Source of the DNA: Rhizophagus irregularis
Lineage: Eukaryota
DNA: 64,000 nucleotides
Assembly: GCF_026210795.1 (NCBI RefSeq)
Contig: NC_089436.1
Span: 1,116,001-1,180,000, forward strand
Direction of reading: 5' to 3'
Position numbers and translations under genes: made by a program. Of the stretch, positions 40,248 to 54,055 are shown piece by piece. Every line of letters begins with the position of its first letter. Position 1 is the first letter of the stretch. The notes beneath the pieces were generated by a model. That model did no database searches, had not been told where the DNA came from, and saw only the letters and a program-made list of their open reading frames with translations.

Positions 40248-42665
40248 GACCAAAGATCCAACATCTTTTACATGTTAGTCATGAGATATTATAAAAATGG
40301 GAATTTGATATTCGCACATGGAGGAAACTTATTAGTGAAAGTAAAGAAAACTCAGCTAATACACAAATCACATTAAATGACATGGACTTTCCGATAGACA
40401 AATATCGCCTAAAAAATTTCTCCGGAGGCCTTTAATGAAAATATAAAAAAAAACATGCTCACATAAAACTGGAATGAAAAAGGAAAATTTGATCAACTCA
40501 ATTTATGATTTTATAGCTTTTAGTAATGATCATGTGGATATTATGTCGCCTCATGGTAACCAAGTATTATAGTGTAACTTTAGTCCCAAATTCGTCAACC
40601 ATCAAATCAATTTGAATTAAATTCGTAAATTAAACCTTAGTATTCATATTCTAACGATACCATTTTACAATATATAAATTAAGTTCGTATTTTTGGCTGT
40701 ACACTAAAAATTATATTAGAGAACTAAATAAACAATTAGTATATAACTTCTTGTTGTGTACAACTAATTAACATATATCATAACATAATCGAAAACGTGT
40801 GGTCGAAATTGTATTACCATTTCGGCAATGGCCTTTTTATTATTTGCAAGCAACTTTAATTACATACATATATCAATTATTATTATGGACATAAAATCTT
40901 TTTTTTTTCATGGGTAATATGAATCGGGATATTTATTTGTTCACGTGAAGTTATTCTGTATAGATGATTGGGATGATTGGTAACACAATATGCAAAAATG
41001 ATCATAGGAACCTGACACGAAACAAATTATAAATAGTTTCAATTTTAATTGGTTTCACAGAATTTCCATTTAATTTTAAAATATAAATATAAGAAATATA
41101 GCATATGCAAATTCATTATTAAAGTGATCAAAACAATATTGCTTAACTATAGTATAATTGAAAACGTTGGTTCACGATTTTATTAAAATGGGGTCGATCA
41201 CTATTATTGATTAGATTTATTAGATTTCATATTTTATCTAATCATATTACTTTCCATTTTGATTTATCCTTTCTCTCTCTTTGTAAAAAAAAAAAATTTT
41301 ATATGCAAAGAAAATTCTTAATATTTCATTTTAATTAATTACAGTCGCATTAAATTTATAGTTATTGATGAATAATTTTAATTTTGAAAAAGCAATAATT
41401 TTAGTAGCGGAAAGAGTAGTTTGATCTCCAAACAATATTAATAATACTTTAGAGATAATTATGATTGCTATGATAAAAAGGCTTCTAGCTTCCCCAATAA
41501 ATTTATTTGTTGTTATAAATCAAACAAAAAAAAACAGTAAAACAGCGCAATATTTTTCCTTTTTATACTTTTAAAAACTGACTCAGATTTTAAAATACTG
41601 TACTCAATTGTAAATGATTTTAATATAATTTTAGAAAGAAAAAGAAATATAATTTTTAAAAATATAACTTTTTTTATTAAAAATCTTTAAAATTTTCTGA
41701 CTTGTTAATACCAAAAAACGAAAATAAGAAAGATTTAAGAGAAAAGTAACCAGAGTTCCAAGTTCAATAAAATTATACATATACTAATAAACCTTAACTT
41801 ATTGATCTTAACTTTTTAAACTTTTCTACGTGTATGTATCGATAAAATAATAGTTTTTATAGAGTTTAAGTTGCATGGGGAAGGTAGAAAGCTACACTTC
41901 CGTTCTTCAAGACTTCAAATTATACGAAATATTCCAAATATTTTGTCGAATACTTCAAAATATGTAAAGTTTAAATTTCGTTCGATTAAAAAGTTGAATT
42001 AGCTTATTAATCGAATTTTTTTAACTATTTTCTTATTATCATATGAATCTCCCGAATCCCTATTAAATCCGAAATAGCAAACAATTTTGTCTTATTATTA
42101 GTCGACTATTAAAGCATAGATCTTATTTCTTCATATAGTAATCTATATAAGTTAAGATATTACTAATTACTAATTTATCTTTATTTCGCTAAGTCCGTGA
42201 TGTTACACAATATTCCTTGATGGGGAAATATTCCGATAAAATTGATTGGTTAATTCGCACATACATAATTTCATCATATCAACTTTGATGTTAAAGTGTA
42301 GTTCTATAATTGGTGTTCGTTCTTATAATAATAAACCTCAATTAATTCATACACTGTACTTTAAATTAATGTACGCCTGCTGTTACAAATTCTGCAAAAG
42401 TGAATCTCATCAGCTTTCGGACGTTTCAAGTAGTTTAAACGCAATTTCTCTGGTTGTCTTTTGGCTGTACTTAATAATTTATAAGTAGTTCATTACAAAC
42501 ACAATTAATGAGTCTTTATTTTTTACTCACATTTGCATGTCACCATTCGGAATATCTGAGATTCGACGAAGCTGAAACTACTTTCGTAAATTTAGAGAAG
42601 TTAAACTTGGAAGTTTATTATGCCACGAAATTGTCACCTATATTTCAGACTTCAATTAGACTCTG
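40248..42665 (+). pseudogene. Fragmented kinase exon-2 relic (pieces at about 40248-40570 and 42560-42665)
   Basis: TKDPTS.YMLVMRYYKNGNL..HGGNLL..YSF..MIMWIL, and later FDEAETTFVNLEKLN..LCHE..LDS. Confidence 0.7.
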
Positions 42666-42959
42666 TTAATATTAGTTATAGTTCAGTCGATTAGGAATAT
42701 GCGAGCTTTTCAAACTTTTTAATGACTGATATTTTGAGACACTTAATATTGAAATCCGTTGATCACTGCAGTATTCTTAATGATCAGAATGATCAGTTAT
42801 TGGCTTTCTTCGTAATTAATTGCTTTGTCGCAGAGTAATTATCAACATTTTGCCATATGATGTCAATATAATTTAACGTACAGATGTGTCAAACGTAAAG
42901 TAACATAAAAATGATAAGTTTGCTCTTCATTTTTTAAAAAAAATTGCGAATGCTTCAAG

Positions 42960-45002
42960 ATGTCTGGATCCAGAAAGATATATGGTAAATGTATCGATTG
43001 TACACGGCAACGAATAGCCCTAGCATGGTGTAAAAATTGCGATATTGCATTTTTAAAAGATAATTTTCATAATTGGACTAGTAAAAATCCTAAAATTGAT
43101 GAACTTATTAAATATACTCAATTAAATGCTAAAGATAGTATGGATTATCTTGAATGGATCGATTTTGATCAATTCGACTTGGTCGAAAATATTAATAAAC
43201 GTGGCGCTTTCAGCTCGATTTATTCAGCAGTATGGATGGAAGGCCCAAGATGGAATCTTGATGAAGAAACTGAAATATGGTCTCGTACTGGTCCAATTAA
43301 GGTGATTCTAAAACGATTAGATGATTCTCAGAACATAGATCGAGAATTTGTAAATCAGGCAAGTAAATTTTATCTGATCTTAGTAGCTCGTGTAGAACTT
43401 TATAGATCAGAGAATTCAAGTAAAGAAAATAGAGACATTATATGGGCCATGACATTTATTACGTAATATTTTAGGAGATATTATGTAATAGTATGTCACG
43501 GCCTTAAGTATAATGTGATAAATAGTAAAAAAAAAAGACTCCATAAAAAAATTCCGGAAAACCCCGATATTAACATCCGGATTCTTATAAGTCCCGGAGC
43601 AAAAATAAGATAAAACTCAGATTTGCGATTCATTGTACGACATCACGTGATGAGAACTCACGTGATCGATAATGCGTAGCTATATACGAGATATGGTTTA
43701 CACGAAGTTTATACTATTAAAATTTGGTGGAAACTTGTCCAATTTCCACAGATTTCAATGAAATTTCCAGTTTTGTGGAAATGTTATGGAAATATTATGC
43801 AAATTGGACAAGTTTCAATCACGTACACTAAGGTGGAAACCATACCGCTTCGGCCAGTGATATGGCCCTTCGCTTCGCTCCGGACAATGACACATGACCA
43901 GTTTGAACGAGAAGGGTCGAAAACTGAGTGATATTATTTCTGGAAAGATCGATAAACTTCAAATAAATTCTAAACGAATTTAGATAACAGTTATCATTTC
44001 TTAAATAGTAGATTCTTTATAGATAACGAAGGTTATGACTTCGACCCGGAAATACATTTTAGCCGTAACTCTCAATGTTGCGAGATGGATTTATGTTAAC
44101 AGTAAACCTTAAATTTCTAATTCGTATGAGAATGATTACGTATGATAACTGAAAAGTATTAATATTAACTATTTATCTTTTCTTTAAAATTTAATCTTAT
44201 AAAGTTATATAGATATCATAATTGCTTGCAAAGTGGAGCACTTGCAGATTGTTTTGGTATAACCAAAGACCCAACATCATGCTACATGTTCGTTATGAGA
44301 TATTATAAAAACGGGAATTTATACTCGTACCTTGAAGAAACGATGGGAATTCTTTGCTGGAGAGATATTGTAGACATGTTATGGTCAATATCCGCGGGTC
44401 TAAATTTTATTCACAAATATGGTCTTGTTCATGGAAATCTACATGGAGGGAACATATTAGTCGAAAATAATGTGAACTCTATCGATACTAAAATTACAGA
44501 TACTGGATTACACGGACCTGTTGATAGTAAACAAATATCATCCAAACAAATTTACGGTGTAATTCCCTTTGTTGCTCCAGAGATCTTCGATGGAATTACG
44601 CCAACTAAAGAATCCGATGTATATAGTTTTGGTATGATCATGTGGATGTTATCAGCTGGTATGCGTCCTTATTGTGATAGACCTCATAATAAAGAATTAA
44701 TTCAGGAAATCTGCTTAGGATTAAGACCAAGCGTTGTAGATGGAACTCCACCTGTTTTCACCAGTTTAATGTTACAATGCTTAGATGCGAATCCATCAAA
44801 TAGACCAACAGCATCTCAACTTTACGAATGCTTAAGAAATTGGATTACTGCAATTTGTGATGACCCTAATCCATCCGATTTATCAGATCAATTTGACGCT
44901 GCTGAAGAAATTAAATTCTCAAATTTAGAAAATTCTAATTTCAATACTTTCGCAAACCATGAAAAAGCTTTTTATTTCAGTCGTCCATTATTAGACTCTT
45001 AA
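42960..45002 (+). CDS. Cys4-finger + TKL-type (pseudo)kinase, copy 6; exons 42960-43358 and 44205-45002, about 398 aa, GC-AG intron
   Basis: CAG|GCAAGT donor at the conserved intron position, AAAG|TTATAT acceptor. Motifs HGNLHGGN, DTG, APE. Confidence 0.85.
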
Positions 45003-46024
45003 AGATTGGCGCTCCATTTTTTTTTTTAATTCTCATACGTTAATATATTTTTCGATTTCTTTAGTTTTTAATTTTATTATAATTTATTATAATTTATCGT
45101 AGATTTCAATCAGAAATTTAATTCCTTTTATCGTCATTACTTATTCGTTTTTTCCGAAATCACAAACACCGGCACTCCGCAAACTCATACTTACTTAACG
45201 TTTAAAATAATATGTTTTATAGTTTTTAAGATTTTCTTTTAAGCCTTTATTTCGTTTAAAATAAGTAAATATTATACACAAACACAATTATTTTTTCGAA
45301 TAGTTACTATATACATACTGTACGTAAAATAAAATAGTTCTGTTATATCGTTATAACAAATCAAGAATATAAAATAGTTTCGTATATGAATTTGTCTAGC
45401 GTAGAATTTCCTTAATATTTTTGAATCTTATTACAGTCGTAACGAATTAGGCGTCCGGGCCGATCAGGCTTCGTTATGAGAAAATTCGACGGTGTAGTAG
45501 GAAAATTTGGTATAATGCGGTAAAATATAGCATGCTCATTATGCAAAGAAAACTGCGAGATATATATAATTCAACTATCTTTTGATAAACTAGATTAACG
45601 TTATATTAAAAAATAAATTCGCTTTAAAAAAAAAATTCGGATAATCATGATATTCGGTTTAACGAGAATTTTTTCATGTACCACACTGAAGATTCGTTGT
45701 ATTGTGAAATTCGGTATCAAAATTCGAAAGTAACAAATTTATTTGAAAAGTTGATAAATAAGACTAATAAAAACGATAATATATTATTTGTAAATCTCAT
45801 AAACAAACAATTAAGTTAGAATGGACTAAATCACAATAAATAATAATCTGCTGCTGTTGGTAATCTTCAAGCGCGAATTTTATTTTTATTAAAGAAAAAA
45901 ATGTAATAAATCTTTTTACCCGATAACCAAAACAAATGAATACGATTTCCCCGTCTATTACGAAACTTCTAATTTCTAACACAGCATCATACTCTAGATT
46001 ATGATTGTCCTTTCATTCATACTT

Positions 46025-49000
46025 CTTTGCAGAAACTTCAATTTTTATCCAATGTCATTAAGATGTTTAATTAGAATCGGGACGGTACTGTGCCAATTGA
46101 ATTCACGAGTAAGTTAACATTAAGTAATGGAAAAAATTATGATATACTACCATGTCCGTTACTATGCATGGTAAATCATTTTAAATGTATTGCAGATACA
46201 TCACTTTAACTATTGTAAAAATATCGTAACAGTGCATTTAAATTATTTAAACTATGTTGTTAAATAACATTAAAGTAGTACTTTGCAGAAACTTACAAAT
46301 ATGACAACAATATGTCTTGGTTTATATAACAATCATATAACGAAAATATGACAACAATATGTCTTGATTTATATAGCAATCATATAGTGATAATATAACA
46401 ACAATATATAAAATAATGTAATAGTAATATAAATAATTATAATACGTTGAAAATATCTCAAAATCTCAAAATGATTCATTTTTTCGAAAAACAAGATTTC
46501 CTCCAATAAAATTCACGAACTTGATTTTACCGTAATTTGTGGTAAATAAAGACCAAGAATAAATTACTCTTGACCAAATTTCTTGTGGTATGGAATTAAA
46601 AATGCCGTTAAAGCCTGTAAACCGGCAACTTCATTTCTGTTTTTGATGAATAATAAAGTAATATAATAAAATATGTTTATTATGTTAGTAATATAATAAC
46701 GCCATAAATAAACTATATTTCTATCTATACTGCATTATAATAATATCTGTTTAAAATCTAACTTTGATTTGCTTCATCATGCTCAGTATTACATGTATTC
46801 ATACAATAAAGAATACACATGGATTCCGATCAATAAACGTAATTGGAAAATTTTGAAACCACCGTAGTAATTCTTTAGGCTTCTGTAAAATAAAAATAAA
46901 ATAAAATATTGGTATCATTTCATTAATAAAAATGGCTAAATAAATTTTAAAGTTTCTAAAATTAAACTTACCATCCAATCCACCCAAGAACCAGAAATCC
47001 ATTTCCTATAAAAAAGAGAGGAAAAGTAAATATTAATATTTCCTTTAAAAAAATTCAATATTGAAATAATTTAATTTCAAAATTTTGAAACTCACCATCC
47101 GATCCCATTCGTAAATTGGAAATCTGTCCTATAAAAAAAAAGAAAAAATGTTAATCAAAATTTTTTATCATTTTCGAATTTTTTTCCCAAAAATTACCTT
47201 CAACCTACTAATTTCGTACAACCTGAACAATATAAAACCGTTATCATACTGAGAGTTCTGATAATTAAGTCAAAGGAAAACTACAAAATAAAAGAAGTCC
47301 TGTAATTAAATGTCTTTTCACAAGGGTTCTGAAGACAGAGTCCTACAAAAGAAATAAAAAAGGTTAATAAAAACTGTTTTTTAATCAATTACAAAAAATT
47401 TTTTTCGATAAAAAGTTTTTTTTAAAAAGTTTTGAATTCCTTTTTTTGAAACTTGCCATTATCTAGGATTTCAGTTTCCAAGTCAGAGCTGATTTCCTAC
47501 AAAAGTGAAAAAAAAAAGTTAAAAACTTTTCTTTAAAGTTTCAAATTTCTGTTTTCGAAACTTACCTATCCTACGCGTCCAGACTTGTCTAAAAATATGA
47601 AAAAACCAAGGCCATTTTCTCACTGAGATTCTATATGTCCAGGCCGTCTAAAAAAAAAAGAAAAAAAAAGAAATTAGTAATCATTTTAAAAAACAAAATA
47701 AAGAAATTTTTTAAAAAAGTAATATACTCACCAAAATCCTATGTCCAAAGAACCAAAAAGTCGCCTAAAAGAGAAAAGAAACAAAATATTAATAATTATT
47801 TCATTAAAGAGTTAGGCCAAAAACATTCCTCCTTACCAAAATCTTTGTCCAAAAATATTCAAAAAATATCAAAATTTACATCCATCTAAAAAAAAAAAAA
47901 AGTGAGGGAAAGGGAAGTACGAGAAAGAGAGATAGGGGAAAAATGAAAAGAGGGAAAGGGAAATTATGAAAGAGAGGAAAGGGGAAAAAATGAGAGAGGA
48001 AAGTTTACCAAAAAAAAGTTTATTCCGAAAAAGTTTAAACATTTTTAGACTTTTTTTTTAAACTAGACTTTTTCTAAAGTTTAAAAAAAGTGATTGTTAT
48101 ATTGTTAATATTAAATCACATGATGCGCGTAATACTTAATTTATTACAAAAAGTTTGTATAACCGAAAATATGGACTTTTTTTCCCCATTTAAAATACTT
48201 ATTTATTTAAACTTTTTTTCCCACTTATAATATTTATATAAACTTTTTTTCACGCTTTTTTACAACTATCTATAATCTAAAAACTTTTTTCTCTCCTATA
48301 GAAATATTATTATTTTAGTAAAAGCTTTTTTTCAATGGAAGAACGTTTATAGAGGAACCAGAAAGTATTATGTAGTACATGAAAATTTTGGTTTTCTTCT
48401 AACTCCAGTTTACTATTATTTTTTTTAATAAAGTATTACGTTTTACTACTAAAAAAAAAATATAAAATAAATCTTTTATCGGAAAATGGCCCATATTTTA
48501 TATTGTGAGTTGAAATAAAAAATGATCTGATTGACGAGAAATAGTTGTGGCTGATATTTCTAAATTAGCAAATAGTTGTAGGTTCAATATTTAGTTTAGT
48601 TTTGTACTCCCATGTATTGTTGTTATATTATCTTACCCATTTTATTTTTTATTAGTCTAAAAATAAATATCTATTTATATCATATTTGGCTACGGGTAGC
48701 TTTCCACTTTTCTTTTCTTTAGATGAATCTAGACGCATAAAATTTGGTTGGTATATATCAATTTATATCATATGATTATAAACAAAAATGAAAGTATTTA
48801 TTTTTATTTATTTAATTGATACTAATTGCTCATTTATTTATTTTTTCTTTTTAGGATACTTTTATTAGCAGTACAAACTTCTGGATTTATTAGTATAAAC
48901 AGACTTGTTAGAGGTCATAAGCTATCCCACCAGCTGGCAAAGTGTATGAAATTTCTTTTAATTCATCACAAAGAAAGCCTTGCTAAAGTCATCTTTAGTG

Positions 49001-49547
49001 TAGGTCTAGTAATACATTGCCTTAATTGAGCGTGGCTACGAAGTTTATGATTCCACTAGCAATCGACCCTATAATCACATGATAGTCACATGCTAGAAGT
49101 GTTTCTGGCTCTGATTTATTTCGCTTTAAAAAAATTTTTTATGCAATAAATATGTATTTGTAATTAAAAGCTGCATTATATTGATATTTATTAATAAATA
49201 ATTGCAAAAAAATATTTTTTTCTAATTGTATGACAATAAGCAACGCATAAGTATTTTATCTTTTAAAAAATAATTGTATATTATAAAAAATGTATTTAGA
49301 ATACCGTGAATATGCTAAAAAGATGTCTTCTTAACAATTTCACAATATTGTAAAAAATATCTGCCTAGTATAGTTAAAATGTCATGCAAATTAACGTTAC
49401 ATGACCATATCAATATCATCCAAATGTCATTTCATTATTAGGATGATATACTAAGAAAATTCGACCGTCACGTTACTTTTAAGATTCATAGACAGTATAA
49501 TTAAGGTAGCTTAATGATACCTTAAAAAATTTCGAGTTTCTGCAAAG
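46025..49547. mobile_element. Possible large non-autonomous TIR element
   Basis: CTTTGCAGAAACTTCAATTTTT..TCATTAAG..TTAATTA (46025) is inverted against 49498-49547 over about 50 bp (imperfect). A second CTTTGCAGAAAC lies at 46281, followed by a 47-bp tandem repeat (46298-46410). No TSD identified. Confidence 0.5.
46800..47885 (-). other. Chain of micro-exon-like units (putative multi-exon transcript, no clear ORF)
   Basis: Poly-T/TAG acceptors and GTAAG/GTGAG/GCAAG donors bound units at 47885-47837, 47764-47732, 47588-47566, 47496-47457, 47128-47096 and 47005-46972, with a last acceptor at 46883. Confidence 0.6.
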
Positions 49548-50559
49548 TTCTGATTAAAATTGCGTTTAAAGCGCTCGATCTTTGATATTTTTGATCAAAG
49601 TCATATGGATCAGAATCATTCCGTATTCTCTGTCTATCTTGTTCTGCAATTTAAATCTATCTCGGGCTAGGCAGCGATGTGTACTGGAACTGAAGTTGAA
49701 AACATATTATTTGGACCTCCAAATATTTCGAAACCAATTAAACTGAAGCTTCTGATAAAGAAATACATACTACTTTAAAATAATATGTATTGAATTATTA
49801 AGGTCCAATAAAAAATCATTGAAAGTTTCCAACGCATATCGCTAGTCTAGAGTATTTTACAAACGATTTCTCTAACGATTTTAAGACGTAACGTTCTTTT
49901 ATAGTACTGATTACTGTACGGACCACGGATTAATAAACAATGCCAAAACCTATAATACTGTTACGGACAATACTTTATTTGTTCAATACATTTTATCTTA
50001 ATATTAATAATTACTATAAACTTTGTCACTATTACCATTTGTAAGCGAATTTCTTTTTCGTATAACTTAAATATGATAAATTACATAAAAAAATTAGATA
50101 ATTAATAAGCGCTAATTAATTATAGACACAAAAGAATTTGTGATGCAACTGATGCATGCTGTACTTTCACTTCCATTTCCTCAAAAACCTGCTAACAAAC
50201 CTTGACCAATGAATTTGTAAAGTGGATTACAACTCGATTGTTATTGTTTATCGGGAAAATCCGAATTACCCGTGCGTACATGCATTCTAATTATTATAAG
50301 TCGCTTAATTTAGTATATAATTGTGCCACATGTTTTACCATATTGTTACCTTTTTATTATTATAATCAAAAAAAGGTTTCTTAGTAAAAATTACTTAGTA
50401 CTTTTTTTATTTTATTTTATTTTATTTTAAAAGAGACAATTTTTTTGATTCGCATTACAATGTTCAAAAACCGATCATCGCTTTATGTATTTTTATTCTT
50501 GAAAACATGTTCATCATTAAAGTTATTGAAACCAAGAATTTGTATTTGTCTTTAAGAAT

Positions 50560-51630
50560 TTAGAGACATATTGTAGATGCATTATCATGTTATGGTCCGA
50601 GTCTAGACTCCATTTATTCATCAATATATATAATTCATGTGCATTTACATAGAACTTCCATTTTGCCAACATGAAAATTTGTCACCACCATGTTTTTTTT
50701 GTTAAATTATTTTTTAAATCATTTTAATTTACATCAAAATTGCAAATATTAAATTTATTTAACAAATACTTAATATAATAATATTACATCTCAATTTTTT
50801 AATTTTATCCTAGTAAAGATAAATTACCAAATAAAAAAATAAAAATATTTTATAATTTAAATGCAAAACGAGTCATCGTTATAGTTTGTCTTATGTTATT
50901 TAGTTTTTTTTTGCGAAAATATCAAAAAAATTTTTGGGTGGTAAATGGTAATCGTAAATATTAAAAAAAAAATAATTAATTAAAGCACTAATTTTTAAAA
51001 AGAAGTCTGAGAAAGTTTTGAGGGTATAATATACATATATAACTTTCTAAATACAAGGCGAAAGTAAAATATAATATTTATCAGTATCGGTAGAAATTTA
51101 CTATAAGTTTGTTAAATGAAATAAGCAATAAGTAGAGTAAATAATTTTCAAAGAGACGAATAAAAAATTGTTAAAATCTAAACCAAGTGTAATAATAAAC
51201 TGTGTGTTGACAATTTGGTGCATGCTCCGAGAAGGAAATGATTGTCAAATTATAACCTGTTCCAGTGATTGGAACCCTGTAAAAATTTTAGAAAATTTAC
51301 AATTCGTAATTTTACGGACCAAAATTGCAATAATAATAAGACTTCTGTCTTCCGTCTATTGTAATGAAAATATTATAAACAAAAGTGATGATAAATAATC
51401 ACTAATACAGTACTTTTAATATTTACAATTTTATAAAGGCAAAATTGACGAACGCTTTCGGGAGATTAGAAAATTTTTTCTAAATTTATTCGACGATTTA
51501 TCATAAACATTTCGTTTTTAATATGTATTAAGATTTAACAAGAAGCTATATAAGATTAAAAAAAAACAATGATCTTTAGTTATATCAAAACAATTAGTCA
51601 ACCATTGATGCAAAAATTACAGAACTACTG
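50560..51630 (+). pseudogene. Highly eroded kinase exon-2 relic
   Basis: 50560-50655 resembles WRDIVD.MLWS..FIH..IH.HLH. 51601-51630 reads TIDAKIT..TG. Confidence 0.5.
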
Positions 51631-51849
51631 GCTCCCTCATATATTTATTACACCAGTAACACCGCTATAAAATTTTTATTGTAAATGGAAAAGTTTTTGT
51701 AAATCAATCAATTGCCGCTAAAAGTGGTTGGTTAGCTTTTTAAAAAAGGAACCCGCCTAGAAATTTAGTTTATTGTTAACGTTAACGTTAACGTTTCGTT
51801 CGCATCCATTCAGGCTAACGATACACCCGCGGCCACCGACCCTGCACGC

Positions 51850-52920
51850 AACAGGTTACTTTATGTTCCTAACATTCTGAAGAATTGTGGGATTTTGTTG
51901 AGTCCTTTTTTAGACTTTTTGATGAGTTTAAGCGGCGCAGTACTGCACTATCACGGTTTCTTTTTTCTATTTACTATTTTATTTTATTTTACTTTATTTT
52001 TTTCATTAATATTTTTTCCTTATTCTTTTTTCTCTTCTTTCCGGTTTTACGGTTTTCTTAAGACCGGATTACTAATTATTATTTTCTTCCCCTTTCTCCT
52101 TCTTCCCGGTTTCTTAAAATTGGAATTTTTTTTTATTTTTCATTCTTTTTTCTCCTGGATCATTGGATCATTGGATCTTTTTTTAGATCATAATCGTTTC
52201 GTCATTTTTTTTTTTGCTTTTTAGGTCCAGCTCGACACAGTAAACGCAAAGTTTTAGTTTCGTCATTTTTTTTTATTTAATTATTTTTCAATTTTTTTTT
52301 CGTCTTTTTAGTTCCGGCTCAGTATTACGACGGCAAGAATCGATTTCATATTTTTTTTTCATTTCATAGCTTATTTTCTTTAGGGTTAGAAACTCACAGA
52401 TCGGGAGATTCGCTTGCCCTTCGTTTCAACCCTTTTTTTATTTGGTTTTTACTAATTATTTTTTTTTTAATTTTTTCTTTTCATCTTTTAGAATTGGGGA
52501 CTTGTGAATTTGAAGATGCACGCTTATCACTACTGTACTTCATATTTTTTTTATTTTCATTACTATGGTATTCTTTGCAGGGGTGGCAATTTCCTTTAAA
52601 TTGAACTTGGAATCTGGTAAGTTTCAGTAGAGAAGTGTTAAAATTATTTCTTTGTTTATTTACTAATGTTACTTTTTTTTGCTTTTTTTTTCTTTTTGTA
52701 GAGACGGTGGCTTTTTAAACGAAGACAGTAGATAGAAAGGAATAATACCGTAACTTAAAACGTTTCAAATGAAACTGATTTTTGTTTCTTTTTGTAAGTA
52801 GAGGTGTTAAACGTCTTTGAAATAAATAGAAACATTTTTTTATTAAGAACCGTTTCTAATAAAACATTTATCTTCTTTTTTTAGAACTCCGGCTTCTTAA
52901 ATAAGTTAAGCCAGGGATCA
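51850..52920 (+). other. Second chain of micro-exon-like units
   Basis: T-rich tracts ending in TAG/CAG at 52186, 52224, 52311, 52383, 52491, 52580, 52701 and 52884, some with ACTAAT branch-like motifs. Clearest unit is 52581-52616, followed by GTAAGT. Confidence 0.5.
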
Positions 52921-53089
52921 ATTTAATCAAACCATTTGCATAAGTTGATTTATTTGGTATTAATGTGTTTCTTTTGCTAATCGACAAGTATTAGCTCCTT
53001 CTTTATTTTTTTTTCATTTATCCTCGTTCCTTATTTTTCTGTTATTAGGCTGCTAACTTTTGGATTCTGTATTCCCGATATTTATCTAT

Positions 53090-53390
53090 TTTTGATTTTG
53101 GTGTGTGTTGGTTTCGATCTTGATCTATGATATGGTTCTTTATATGCGTGTCTTGATTTTTATTGGTTTATCTTGATCTTTGGTGTGTATTGGCCTTTGA
53201 TCCTTGGTGCGTATGTATGTAATGTATGTTTGATTTTTAGTTCTTGATCTTTAGTGTATATATTCTTGATTTTGATGTGTATCAGGCTCTTGATCTTTGA
53301 TGTATTGTATTCTTGATCTTAGGGTATATGATACTATTGGAATACTTTATGTATTGTATATTATACTATTGGAATACTTTATGTATTTTT
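53090..53390. repeat. Degenerate TCTTGATCTT minisatellite plus a 32-bp-period tandem duplication
   Basis: About 10 (T/C)TTGAT(C/T)TT units at irregular spacing; ATACTATTGGAATACTTTATGTATT occurs twice. Confidence 0.65.
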
Positions 53391-54055
53391 CTCATTTATA
53401 TAAAAGTTAATAAATTTAAATAAAATTAAATGCAAAGAGCGATAAAAATTTAACAAATTTAATAAGTCACGTGAATACTACTATATGTGCTCATGTAACA
53501 CTTATGTGATGGTGCAGTACCACTGATTCTCCTGTTAAATTATAAAATTACTATGATGGATAATCAGTATTTGATTTCTATTATTTCTATTCTAATTTAG
53601 ACGTTAATTAACGAAATGGTAATTTAGATCGGATTGTTAACATTAAAATAGATTTCAATAAACAATCATTTAAAATTAGTTAGATTTAATTGACCAGCAA
53701 TGACGTGCTTCAAATAAAATCAATGAATTGATCTATTTACCTATATTTTCTTTTATTTTATTGCTTTAATTAATAAATTAATAAACGATATTATTCAATA
53801 GCTATACAAGAATAGATTTGTAATTATACAATGATTATTTAATCAGAAGATCCCGTTTTGTTAAACGTTTACTACTACTTGTTTAAAAAATTATTAAAAG
53901 CCGACGAATGAAAAGAACAATTTTATTCCAGATAAAATTTCATTACGAGAAAATCTGTTAAGATTTGCCATTATAGTTATCTTATTACTAGCTTATTGTT
54001 ATTAAAAAGAAATATATTATTCTATATATATGTCATATTCTCTGCATATATAGCA

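Noticed and set aside
43589..44085. About 500-bp insertion in the copy-6 intron, absent in copy 8, with an internal GGAAACTTGTCCAATTT inverted repeat
   Set aside because: Probably TE-derived, but termini and TSD could not be defined, so it was not called.
49570..49770. Possible kinase exon-1 relic
   Set aside because: Only scattered short word matches; no convincing motif order.
51895..52224. Hydrophobic F-rich ORF resembling a membrane protein (and K-rich ORF 47635-47889)
   Set aside because: Translations of poly-T or poly-A intron-like tracts.
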